Below, piece by piece: positions 51,690 to 62,941 of a stretch of DNA of 64,000 nucleotides. The notes under the pieces are model-generated. The model saw nothing but the letters and a program-made list of their open reading frames with translations, was not told where the DNA came from and did no database searches. Position numbers and translations under genes: made by a program. Origin of the DNA: Centroscyllium fabricii (lineage: Eukaryota). The stretch spans positions 10,850,001 to 10,914,000 of the forward strand of contig JBNRSN020000005.1 in NCBI GenBank assembly GCA_051313645.2, given 5' to 3'. How positions within the stretch are numbered: the stretch's first letter is position 1; every line of letters begins with the position of its first letter.

Positions 51690-52094
51690 AAACATAGAAA
51701 CACAGAAGATAGGAGCAGGAGTAGGCCATTCGGCCCTTCGAGCCTGCTCCGCCATTCAATGAGATCATGGCTGATCATCCAAACCCAGCACCCTGTCCCT
51801 GCCCTGTCCCCACATCCCTCGATCCCTATCGAACCTGCACCGACACATATCCCACCCTGTCCCCGTAACCCCACATATTTAATCCCCCTGACACTAAGGA
51901 TCAATTTATCCTGGCCAATCAACCTAACCCGCACATCTTTGGACTGTGGGAGGAAACCGGAGCACCTGGAGGAAACCCACGCAGACACGGGGAGAATGTG
52001 CAAACTCCACACAGATAGTACCCGAGGCTGGATTTGAACCCGGGTCTCTAGTGCTGTAAGGCAGCAGTGCTAACCACTGTGCCACCGAGCCGCC
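51690..52094 (-). mobile_element. V-SINE, composite tail
   Basis: Family match. Confidence 0.9.
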
Positions 52095-52183
52095 CCCTAA
52101 ATGCATTTTCTGTTGTTAAAAATAACAACAGAAAATGCTGGAAAAACTCAGCAGGCCAGGCAACATCCATGAAGAGAGAAACA

Positions 52184-52995
52184 GGGGGGGATTTTCCTCG
52201 GTCCGTGAGGGTGGGTTTCCGGCGGGTCGGGGCTTAAAATCCCCAAACTGGGGTTCCCGACCCCTCACACCGGATCCCCGCCGCTTTGCGGTTTTCGGTC
52301 GACGTGTCTAGCCGGCCCGAATCTTTCCCGCCTGTCGCCGGCAGTGTTGATCGTTGAGCTCGTTAGGGGCCCTTAATTGCCATGGGTAATCTCATTTTAA
52401 GGGCCCCTTGCGATTTTTGAGCCCTTCCCACCCATACCCCACCATCTTGAAACCCCGCCAGTGAAAGCTGGCGGGATCTCAGTTGGCTTGGTCACTTTCA
52501 CCTTCAAGGCATTGAAGGACCTATAGCAGAATGCCTTCCAGGCCTTCAACACCCTGGAGGTGTAAGTGACTCCCTTGTCTGAGGAGCAGCTGTGAAGAAA
52601 ACACTCAAAACACTTACCTTGACAGACGCTGAAATGCTTCATAGAGAGACGGCTCCTAACTGTGAAAGGTTTCCCACGAGTTCTTAGACCTGTCACTCAA
52701 CCCACTTGGGCTTTGAGGTTGGTTGCACTCCATTTTGATGTCACAATGGACTGTTTCCATAGAAACTAACAACATACAGTCCTTAGAAGTGTCAATCCAA
52801 CCTCCAGCTCTCATCTGCAGCCTGCTGATTTCTGACTGAAAATTGTGCATTGGCAGGGGCTTCCCACATGCAGGGAATTAATTGGCCAATTAAGCCAAAA
52901 TTGCATGGGTTTCCTAGGCCCTCAAACATTCGTGTCAGAAAGCTGGCCCACCCAAAACCCGCCAGCTTCCCACGCCTTTGCGAAAATCCCCCCCC
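52184..52995. mobile_element. Family B-related MITE inside a Penelope-like hairpin
   Basis: aca|gggggggattttc ... gaaaatcccccccc|ata; host inverted repeat 52120-53100. Confidence 0.8.
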
Positions 52996-53792
52996 ATAGA
53001 GTCAATGTTTCAGGTCGGGACCCTTCCGTTGACTCTAGTTCTCTCTTCACGGCTATTGCCTGACCTGCTGTGTTTTTCCAGCATTTTCTGTTGTTATTTT
53101 GGATTTCCAGCTTCTGCAGTATTTTGCTATCGTACTAGCGGCTTAACATAATAACCTATTCACCCGAATGTTCTCGTTGTTAATATGCAGCAGCCGATTT
53201 GCACACAGCAAGGTCCCACAAACAGAAGCGAGGTGAATAGCCAGTTAATCTGATTCTGGTGGTGTTGGTTGGGGAGGAATGTTGGCCAAGTTATTGGCCA
53301 TTTGACTACAAAGGTGCATTACTGGGGCTCCCCTTGATTTTAGATTTTCATCAATTTTTACTGCAGTTTTATTGAAGAACTCCAATTGCACTGAACCATC
53401 CCCACAGCAATAACGTTGAAGCTGACTGTGCTCTTTCAGAGGCTACTCTCGAGTCACAGATTTGAGAATAGACATTACTGCTGGATGTCCGAGGAGGTGG
53501 GACGGGAAGGGGGGAGCTCATATTTCCATGGTTGAGAACAGCTGATAAGAAGAGATATATTCTCAACAACTGCTGCCTGTGAACTTTGCACTGCAAGATA
53601 GCACAGTGGGAATGAGGATTAAACCACGTTCCACATAACTCACCCAACTATGTGTCACTGTTGCTCTGTTTTAGTGCATTACCGTGTGTCATAGCAAAAT
53701 ACCCACTGGCACTTTGCTGCGGCACTCATGTTATGCTCGAGTCCTGTGGTCTTGAGTTTTTGTTGAATAATGCCTTAGTTAAAGTCAAAGAT

Positions 53793-54765
53793 TTCTTCTT
53801 ATCGTGTCCACACATGATAAATATTGTGTTTCAGCCAAAACTGATCACAGCTCTTAGCAATATTATTGTTCTCTGCGAGGTCCTCAGCTTTACGTTCGCG
53901 TTCCAATAGAGGACATCTCAATAGGTGCTCCATAGTTTGGGGTTCAGTGCCACATATGCAGATGACGTCTTCAGTGTCTATCTAACCCCACTTCTCGAGA
54001 GTCGCTTTGCTACGACCAGTACCAGCTCTCAGTCTGTTGAGGCATTTCCACTCAGCCCAGCTTGATTCGGCACCAGGAGGGAGTTCTTCTTTGGCACTCA
54101 TGGACATGGATGTTGTTGATGGGAGATTAGCTAGTCTCTCTTCCCATACTGCAACTCTAGTACCTACAGCTTCAGCATTTGGTTCAACTTCGTTGAGGAA
54201 GCTTTTCTTGGACTTTAGCCGACTCTTTGCGGGTTCATGGCCGAATAGCGGATGTCGTACATCTGTGGTCTAGCGATGGCGTTCTCTACTGCTTGCTGCA
54301 CTGCGACGAATCTCTGGCGGCGCTATACCAGATAGTATGTATAGGCTATCAGTTGATGTTGGTCTAAGACATCCAGTGATAAAGTGGCAGGTTGTATTGA
54401 TGGCTGGATCAATCTTCTTAGCATGGGCTGATCTTTCTCAGACTGGGCATGCATACTCTGCTGTTGAGTAGCAAAGGGCCAAGGCAGTTGATCGTAGAGT
54501 GTCAGGACTTGCACCCCATCTTGTTCCAGTAAGTTTGCTGACAATGTTATTTCTTGCACAGACTTTAGCTTTTGTCTTCTCAACATGGGTCTTGAAGGAG
54601 AGACAACGATCTAAGGTGACTCCTAGATATACTGGGCGATCGCAGTTTTCAAGAGGGGTGCCAGACCAAGTGACGTTTAGTCGGCGTTTGGCTTCTCGGT
54701 TGCGCAGATGGAATGCACACACCTGTGTCTTTGATGGATTTGCACGGAGGTGGAGGAAGTTCAAG
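53793..54765 (-). mobile_element. Ingi/Vingi-clade LINE, 5'-truncated
   Basis: LRANPSKTQVCAFHLRNREA...YLGVTLDR...WGASPDTLRSTALALCYSTAEYACPV; C-terminal CICG..QTMEHLLRC knuckle; (aag)n tail. Confidence 0.8.
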
Positions 54766-54999
54766 TGAACATGCTATTAAGTTAATTTTTGATATTCCAC
54801 AGCATGATGTCAACAGCAATGACTCAAAGCTTTGTAGTTAGTTTGCCAGTGCCATGGTCAATATTCCTGCCTCAATAATTAATTGACCAGTGCCATGGTC
54901 AATATTCCTGCCTCAATAATTAATTGACCAGTGCCATGGTCAATATTCCTGCCTCAATAATTAATTGACCAGTGCCATGGTCAATATTCCTGCCTCGAT

Positions 55000-55753
55000 G
55001 GCCCAGAAATTTGGGTTGGAGGCTTCCCGCGAGTGCAAGCCTCCAACCCACAGTTACCTACCGCGCCGGCCGTTCAGCAGTGCACCCGCATGGAATCCCG
55101 ATGTTGAGCCCTCCTGAACTGTCGGCGCGCTGTGCTCCTGGATCTGAGCGGCGAAGATAGTGCGAGGCTCCGCGCGGGATCCCGCGAGAGCCAATCGGAG
55201 CACAGAATGCTCCATTCATAAGTTTGACAGGAAGAGCTGCCAAACTTATGAATACTGCAAGCCCCAAAACCTCAGTAAATCTTCAAATAATTTTTTTTTA
55301 AATCACATTTTTTCAAATAACTATCAATGACATAAATTAGCTATTTTAAACAAAAATTAAAATTAAAATTAAAAAAATAATAATTAAAGTATTTAACGGG
55401 GCTAAGAATCAACTTACCTTTCTTTAAAGTATTTAAAAATGAAAAACCTGTGGAATTTTTTTTTAAATTGAATTAAATCACCACTTACCTTCTGAAAACC
55501 AGTCTTTGCGCTTGAATATAGCGGCCGGATCTTTTTCTAATACTTACCCGGATAAAAAGCTCTAAAAAAAAATCGCAAGTTCATTGCGCACCCGCTGCCA
55601 CGCCGCGTTCCGATCCCTGACCCCTTCTTTCAGGGGATCGGAAGTGCCGGTTTCGCACGCATGCGCGGTGCATATCGGAAACCGGCACTTCCGATGGGCC
55701 TACGCGCGTGTACCCAGCGTGTACTCACGCGTTGGGACCCTAATTTCTGCCCC
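55000..55753. mobile_element. MITE family A
   Basis: gat|ggcccagaaatttggg ... ccctaatttctgcccc|aat; the empty site cctcaataatt is visible in neighbouring repeat units. Confidence 0.88.
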
Positions 55754-56263
55754 AATAATTAATTGGGCAGTGCCATAACAACAACAACAACTTGTATTGA
55801 TATAGCGCCTTTCGTCAAGTCTCGCAGAATTAGAGCAGGCGGCCAAAAGCTTGGTCAAAGAGGTAGGTTTTAAGGAGCGTCTTAAAGGGGGAAAGAGAGG
55901 TAGAGAGGCAAACAGGTTTAGGCAGGGAATTCCAGAGATTAGGGCTCAGGCAACAGAAGACACGGCCACCAAAAGTTGAGCGATTATAATCAGTGATGCT
56001 CAAGAGGGCAGAATTAGAGGAGCGCAGATATCTCGGGGGGGGGGGGGGGGTGGCGGGGGAGGGGGGGGGTGGTGTTGTGGGGCTGAAGAAGATTTCAGAG
56101 ATAGGGAAGGGGCGAGGCCATGGAGGGATTTGAAAACAAGGATGAAAATTTTGAAATCAAGGCATTGCTTAAGAGGGAACCAATGTAGTCAGCGAGTACA
56201 GGGGTGATGGGTGAACAAAAGTTGCCGTGAGTTAGGTCAATATTCCTGCCTCAATAATTAATT

Positions 56264-57273
56264 ATATCTAGAGGACTGGAATTCAAGGGGTTATAAGTTA
56301 TGCTGCAGCTATATAAAACTCTGGTTAGACCACACCTGGAGCACTGGGAGCAGTTCTGGGCACCGCACCTTAGGAAGGATATATCGGCCTTGGAGGGAGA
56401 GCAGCGTAGGTTTACCAGAATGATACCTGGACTTCAAGGGTTAAATTACGAGGAGAGATTACACAAATTATGATTGTATTCCTTGGAATTTAGAAGGTTA
56501 AGGGGTGAGCTGATCGAAGCTTTCAGGATATTAAGGGGAACAGATAGGGTAGATAGAGAGAAACTATTTCTGCTGGTTGGGGATTCTAGGACTCGGGGCA
56601 GAGTCTAAAAATTAGAGCCAGACCTTTCAGGAGTGAAATTAGGAAACATTTCGACACACAAAGGGTGGTAGAAGTTTGGAATTCTCTTCCGCAAACGGCA
56701 AATGATGCCGGGTCAATTGTTAATTTTAAATCGGAGATTGATAGCTTTTTGTTAGGGCGGCACGGTGGCATAGTGGTTAGCACTGTTGCCTTACAGCACT
56801 AGAGACCCGGGTTCAAATCCGGCCTCGGGTACTATCTGTGTGGAGTTTGCACATTCTCCCCGTGTCTGCGTGGGTTTCCTCCGGGTGCTCCGGTTTCCTC
56901 CCACAGTCCAAAGATGTGCGGGTTAGGTTAATTGGCCAGGATAAATTGACCCTTAGTGTTAGGGGGATTGAATATGTGGGGTTACGGGGATAGGGTGGGA
57001 TATGTGGGGATAGGGATCAAGGGATATGGGGAGAGGGCAGGGGCGTGGTGCTGGGTTTGGATGATCAGCCATGATCTCATTGAATGGCGGAGCAGGCTAG
57101 AAGGGCAGAATGGCCTACTCCTGCTCCTATCTTCTATGTTTCTAACCAAAAGGTATTAAGGGATACGGGTCAAAGGCGGGGATATGGAGTTAGGTCACAG
57201 ATCAGCCATGATCCAATTGAATGGCGAAACAGGCTCGAGGGGCTGAAAGGCCTCCTCCTGTTCCTATGTTCCT
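56264..57273 (+). mobile_element. Degenerate CR1 3' part with nested V-SINE (56756-57143)
   Basis: Encodes LYKTLVRPHLEH..QFWAPHLRKD; SINE consensus inside. Confidence 0.85.
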
Positions 57274-57407
57274 AATTGGCCGCATCCATGGTCAATATTC
57301 CTGCCTCAATAATTAATTGGACAGTGTCATGGTCAATATTCTTCTTTTAACCAACAGTGTTTGAGGACCTGTTCTACTAATTACTTTCCTTTCCCTCCCA
57401 CCTGTAG

Positions 57408-57691
57408 CTGTTGGATCAACCATCGCATCGTGTTCTATGTGACCTGCGTGTGCTATTTTGCGATCCTCTTTCTGATGAACGTAGCCATGTTTATCGTGGT
57501 GTTGATACAGATTTGTGGAAGGAATGGGAAGAAGAGCAACCGTAACCTGAGGGAGGAGATCCTGCGTAACCTGCGAAGTGTTGTCAGCTTAACATTCCTG
57601 CTGGGGATGACCTGGGGCTTTGCGTTCTTTGCCTGGGGTCCAGCGAATCTGACTTTCATGTACCTGTTTGCAATCTTCAACTCTTTGCAAG
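57408..57691 (+). CDS. ADGRG6: ADGRG6 exon (TM5-TM7, [13 protein letters not shown]...[44 protein letters not shown]...FNSLQ)
   Basis: ctgtag acceptor, gtattg donor. The ICL3 sequence ICGRNGKxSNR is diagnostic of GPR126 rather than ADGRG2/G4. Confidence 0.96.
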
Positions 57692-57703
57692 GTATTGTTA
57701 TTC

Positions 57704-57996
57704 TATATCCATCTCCATCTCTCCCATCTCCATCTCTCCCTTCTCCAATCTCACTCCATCTCCATCTCTCCCATCTCCATCTCTATCTCTCTCCATCACT
57801 CTCTATCTCTCTCCGTCTCCATCTCCATCTCTCTCATCTTCCTCCATCTCCATCTCTCCCATCTTCCTCCATCTCCATCTCTCCTATCTCTCCAATCTCG
57901 CTCCATCTCCATCTCTCTCCATCTCTCCAATCTCGCTCCATCTCCATCTCTCCAATCTCACTCCATCTTCATCTCTCTCCACCTCCATCTCCATCC
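57704..57996. repeat. (atctcc)n / CT-rich low-complexity tract
   Basis: Direct reading; starts about 12 nt after the donor at 57692. Confidence 0.9.
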
Positions 57997-59020
57997 ATAA
58001 CTTATATTTAAAGAGCTTCTGTCGTGCAGTGAAATGTCCCAGGGTGCTTTATAAAGTGAGGGGTGTACACTGAGCAGGAAGGAAGACGGGGAGGTGATCA
58101 AAGATAGGTCGAGGAATTAGGCTTGGAGGAGCCCCTTGAAGGTGGGGGGGAAGAGGTTTAGGAAGAGAATTCTGGATGTGGTGGAGTGGCAGGAAGGACG
58201 GATGAGCAAAATACCAGAGCTGGGGGGATGCACGTTGGGAAGTAGAGGAACTGTAGATGTAAAGTATTTTATCCATTGAATCCAATGAGTAGATTTGTAG
58301 AATCTTGCAGCGCAGCAGGGGGCCATTCAGCCCGTCATGCCTGTGTGGGCTGTTTGAAAGAGTTGTCCAGTTTAGTCCCACATCCCAGCCTTTTCCCCAT
58401 AACCCTGTAAATGAGTCCTCTTCAAGTACACGTCCAATTGCCTTTTGAAAGTTCCTATGGAATCAGATTCCACCACCCTTTCAGGTAGTGCGTTCCAGAT
58501 CAGAACAACTCTGTGTGTGAAATAATTTCCCCTCATTTCCCCGCTAATTCTTTTGTCAATTATTTTAAATCTATGACCTCTGGTTGCTGACCTACTTGCC
58601 GAGGAAACAGTTTCTCCCTACTTGCTCCATCAAAATCCCTCATAATTTTGAATATAGAAACATAGAAGATAGGAACAGGAGTAGGCCATTCGGCCCCTCG
58701 AGCCTGCTCTGCCATTCAATGAGATCATGGCTGATCATCCAAACCCAGCACCCTGTCCCTGTCTTCTCCCCATATCCCTTGATACCTTTAGCTCTAAGAA
58801 TATCTCCATTCGGTCTCCCCTTAACCTTCTCTGCTGTAAGGAGAACAATCCCAGTTTCTCCAATCTCTCCATAGAGGTAGAGTTGTCCCCAGTATACGAC
58901 TTGTTCAAATTGGCAATGCTATTCTACGCGGCATTCGAGCTCAAGAACCCTGACATGCTCACTCTGACCCAGGCTCAGTACTCGCTGCTATAACCAATAT
59001 TTTCTTCTTTTTACACATAG

Positions 59021-59122
59021 GCTTCTTCATATTTGTATTCCATTGTGCTCTAAAAGAAAATGTACAGAAGCAATGGAGGCGATACCTTTGCTGCGGCAGA
59101 TTCAGACTCCCGGAAAATTCAG
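59021..59122 (+). CDS. ADGRG6: ADGRG6 exon ([34 protein letters not shown])
   Basis: acatag acceptor, gtagga donor. End of TM7 and helix 8. Confidence 0.95.
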
Positions 59123-59144
59123 GTAGGATCCAGATCAGCTTTCG

Positions 59145-59379
59145 TTCAAATTCAAATTCAAATATTATTTCTCACATGTACTAAAATACAACGCGTGCAA
59201 TCTAGACAATGAAATGCTTTCTTTACGAGCCGAACGCACCGCGCAACAAAGAACACTAAGCTGCCCGGCACGCCCGGAGCCCGTAAGATGGCAGCCACCT
59301 CACCGGCGCCATCATCATAGGTCCCGTTCTCGCACCACTCCGGCTTCTCCTGCTGTCAAAGTTCAACGTTCTTTGACCA
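59145..59379 (-). mobile_element. Rex/Babar-like LINE/SINE 3' tail fused to the EIF3I retrocopy
   Basis: Minus strand reads gcatttcattg...gtacatgtgagaaataata(tttgaa)3. Family name is from recall. Confidence 0.55.
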
Positions 59380-60076
59380 ACCGCAGCCCATCTGCCCGTC
59401 ATTCGTGAACACGATGATGACACCGCCGAAGTCAAAGCCGCCAGTTCTAACCGCAGAGCCCGTTCCAAACAGAGCGAGCCGCTTCCTGCTCCACAGTCCC
59501 AAAGTCCACACGAGTCATCTGCAGAACCGGCCCAGTCAACGTCCACACACCACACCGCTCCGGCGCGTCCACTGCAAGCGCCGAGCCTCTCACCGTTCAG
59601 GGAACACCAGACACCAACAACGGTATCTCCTGCACAGGAGAACACCAAATTGCGCCCCCGGCTGCATTCATAGAAACATAGAAACTAGGAGCAGGAGTAG
59701 GCCATTCGGCCCTTCGAGCCTGCTCCGCCATTCAATGAGATCATGGCTGATCCTCCAAACCCAGTACCCCGTCCCTGCCCTCTCCCCATATCCCTCGATC
59801 CCTATCGAGCCTGCACCGACACATATCTCACCCTCTCCCCGTAACCCCACATATTCAATCCCCCTAACACTAAGTGTCAATTTATCCTGGCCAATCAACC
59901 TAACCCGCACATCTTTGTGATTGATCTTTCATGACCTTGCAACAAGATGGGTTTCATGGCGGCCGCTGGTGGTGGTTGCCCGGCTGGCGGCCTCTCCCTC
60001 ACGGCCCGGTGTCTCGGCGCTTCACTCGCTCCGCCGCAGCATGGAGAGTAGGAGAAGCCGGAAGTACGTCATCGGC
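59380..60076 (-). pseudogene. EIF3I: Processed, 3'-truncated EIF3I retrocopy with 5'UTR, split by a SINE, A-to-G hypermutated
   Basis: gccgccATG at 59957 gives MKPILLQGHERSIT. After the SINE it reads ECSRGRNLVFSCAGDTVVGVWCSLNGERLGACSGRAGAVWCVDVDW-AGSADDSCGLWDCGAG, then after a frameshift RLALFGTGSAVRTGGFDFGGVIIVFTNDGQMG. Colinear with recalled EIF3I, no introns. Confidence 0.93.
59670..59917 (-). mobile_element. 5'-truncated V-SINE inside the EIF3I retrocopy
   Basis: Family match; about two codons (QI) are missing at the site. Confidence 0.9.
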
Positions 60077-60500
60077 CTCTCAAATTATTCTGGTCATTTC
60101 AGGAAGGACCCATGCAATTTGACCATCTCTTGTACTCCACTTAACTTAATACATGGTGTGGGAGCTCCTCCAGCGGTTCATTGGATGGACATACTGGCCA
60201 GGAACGATTCAGCTTCAAGTCCCAATGTGTCAGCCATGGCTCAGTGGGTCGCACCTTTGCTGCTGAGTCAGAAGGTGTGGGTTCACAGTCCCACTCCAGG
60301 GACTTGAGCACAAAAAATCTAGGCAGCACTGAGGAAGTCTTTTGGATGAGACGTTAAACTGAGGCCCCATCTGTCCTCTCGGGTGGATGTAAAAGATCCC
60401 ATGGTAGTATTTCAAAGAAGAGCAGGGGAGATATCCCCAGTGTTGTGGCCAATATTTATCCCTTAAGCAACATAATAAAAACAGATTAGCTGGTCATTGT

Positions 60501-60735
60501 TGTAATGATATCAGCAAATAGTGATCATATTTGCCTGTTTGATTATCTATGCCTTACCAGCAGAGGGCATGTGACAAGAAGCAAGTTAGTTGAGTTGCAG
60601 TATAGGATTGATCTCCAAGATGGAGTCTCCCTGTAAGCCTCATGTAAATCAGTAAGTTACTTGAACATACGTTAGATTAAAAAACATTCTCCTTCATCAA
60701 TGTGCCGTCATTGAACCCACATAGAAAACAATACA
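60501..60735 (+). mobile_element. Solo LTR (235 bp) in a Deu-SINE, TSD ATT(G/A)T
   Basis: attgt|TGTAATG...CAATACA|attat; ATTAAA near 60677; removal restores ggtcattatcacattg. Confidence 0.75.
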
Positions 60736-61546
60736 ATTATCACATTGCTGTTTGTGGGAGCTTGCTGTGTGCAATTGGCTGCTGCATTTCCTACATTACA
60801 ACAGTGACTACACTTCAAAAAGCACTTCATTGGTTGTAAAGTGCTTTGGGACATTGGGTGGTCGCGAAAGGCACTATATAACAGCAAGCCTTTCTTTTAG
60901 TCTGAGATGAGTTTGCTGATGTCACTAAATCTGGGCACAGTGCCCCTGGGCTAGTGGGGAGGGGAGAAACCAGCTCCAATTACTCTTCCTGATTTTTATC
61001 CAGTTAGCCTTGCTGGAAAGGCCTTGCCATCAAGTAGGCATGGAGGTCAAACTCGGTTGCCTTGGCCCTCAGGGTCAATCCTCTCTGTCTAAGGTCACAA
61101 CTGAAGAATGGGCATTTTGAGTGAGGTACTGAAGGATGTCTAGTGTCCCTGGAACTGTACCCCAGCTTCAATTGTCACCTTCAGGAGAAGAAGATTGGAA
61201 GGCGGGAAAGATCCTCACAGAAACCTTTGCGTTCTGTATCTGTATAAAGTCGCTATACCCCTCAAAACAGCCACTGAGTAGAGTTGCCAGCTTTCCAGAA
61301 TTGCCTTGGTGTCTTCAGGAATTCAAGAGTAATATCCAGGGCACTGCTACGAGCAAACAGGAGAAAACTCCGAGGCTAATTGTGAGAGATTTTTTTCATT
61401 TTCTTTGATCATTTATTAGTCATAAAAATGTTGTGGATGGGATACAAAAAAGACCCTTTGACTGACAGTGAAGCATCACCCAATCAGGCAATTAAGAGCC
61501 CATTTGCTTTCCAATTGGCATGAGAAGGCTGCGAGGATGGACCAGT

Positions 61547-62622
61547 CGAAACATAGAAACATAGAAGATAGGAGCAGGAGTAGGCCATTCGGCCCCTTGA
61601 GCCTGCTCCGCCATTTAACGAAATCATGGCTGATCATCCAAATTCAGTACCCTGTTCCTGCCCTCTCCCCATATCCCTTGATCCCTTTAGCCTTAAGAAA
61701 TATATCTAACTCCTTCTTGAATATATTTAATAAGTTGGCCTCAACTGCTTCCTGTGGTAGAGAATTCCACAGGTTCACCACTCTCTGGGTGAAGAAATTC
61801 CTCCTCATCTCAGTCCTAAATGTCTTAGCCCTTATCCTTAGACTGTGATCCCTGGTTTTGGACTCCCGGCCATTGGGAACATCCTTCCTGCATCTAGTCT
61901 GTCTAGTCCTGTTAGAATTTTATAAGTTTCAATGAGATCCCCTCTCATTCTTCTGAACTCTAGCGAATATAAGCCTAATCGACCCAATCTCTCCTCATAC
62001 GTCATTCCTGCCATAGAAACATAGAAACATAGAAACTAGGAGCAGGAGTAGGCCATTTGGCCCTTCGAGCCTGCTCCACCATTCAATGAGATCATGGCTG
62101 ATCATCCATACCCAGTACCCCGCCGCTGCCCTCTCCTCATATCCCTATCGAGCCTGCATCGACACATATCCCACCCTATCCCCGTAACCCCATATATTCA
62201 ATCCCCCTAACACTAAGGGTCAATTTATCATGGCCAATCAATCTAACCCGCACATCTTTGGACTGTGGGAGGAAACCGGAGCACCCGGAGGAAACCCACG
62301 CAGTCACGGGGAGAATGTGCAAACTCCACACAGATAGTACCCGAGGCTGGATTTGAACCTGGGTCTCCAGTGCTGTGAGACAACAGTGCTAATCACTGTG
62401 CCACCGTGCCGCCCAGGTATCAGCCTGGTGAACCTTTGCTGCACTCCTTCAATGGCAAGAACATCCTTCCTCAGAAAAGGCGACCAAAACTGCACACATT
62501 ACTCGAGGTGTGGTCTCACCAAGGCCCTGTACAGCTGCAGCAAGACATCCTTGCTCCTGTACTCAAACCCTCTCGCTACGAAGGCCAACATACCATTTGC
62601 CTTCTTAACCGCCTGCTGCACC
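61547..62622 (-). mobile_element. CR1 3' part with nested V-SINE (62012-62413)
   Basis: CR1 C-terminal motifs on the minus strand. Confidence 0.88.
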
Positions 62623-62941
62623 AGTGCAGTACGAGCAACCAGTGGCATGAACGGTGGTGGTCGGGGGGGGGGGGCGGTTGGAGGCGGGAGATCATGTTAT
62701 GAAATCTCCAGGAATACTCGAACCAGAGTTGGAAGCCTAAAAGACCCCTCCACGTGTAAGTGGTGGAAGACGTGCATTGGCTCGTTGAGAATGAATAATT
62801 TCTTCCACGCCAGACAACGGGGATGAAATTCCTCCCGAAATCATTCCGTTACTGTGCGCAAAAAAAATCTGTTGGCTCCTGTCGATATTTCAATTTAATT
62901 TTTTATTTCTTTAAATTGAATTTGTGACGTTGCAATTCCAG

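Larger units (their letters stand above)
54846..57341. repeat. 41-bp tandem repeat array broken by MITE A, L2 and CR1/SINE insertions
   Basis: ccagtgccatggtcaatattcctgcctcaataattaattga at 54846, 54887, 54928 and 54969; remnants at 55754, 56235, 57273 and 57320. Confidence 0.9.

Noticed and set aside
54846-57341. CRISPR-like look (repeats separated by foreign DNA)
   Set aside because: The first units are directly adjacent, the gaps are 0.5-1 kb transposons, there are no cas genes, and it lies in a vertebrate intron.
57692-58011. ORF extension beyond the TM7 exon
   Set aside because: Read-through into a CT-rich tract; the proper donor at 57692 joins 59021 in phase.
59256-59957. Functional nested EIF3I retrogene
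   Set aside because: SINE insertion after codon 14, a six-codon deletion, a frameshift and 3' truncation.
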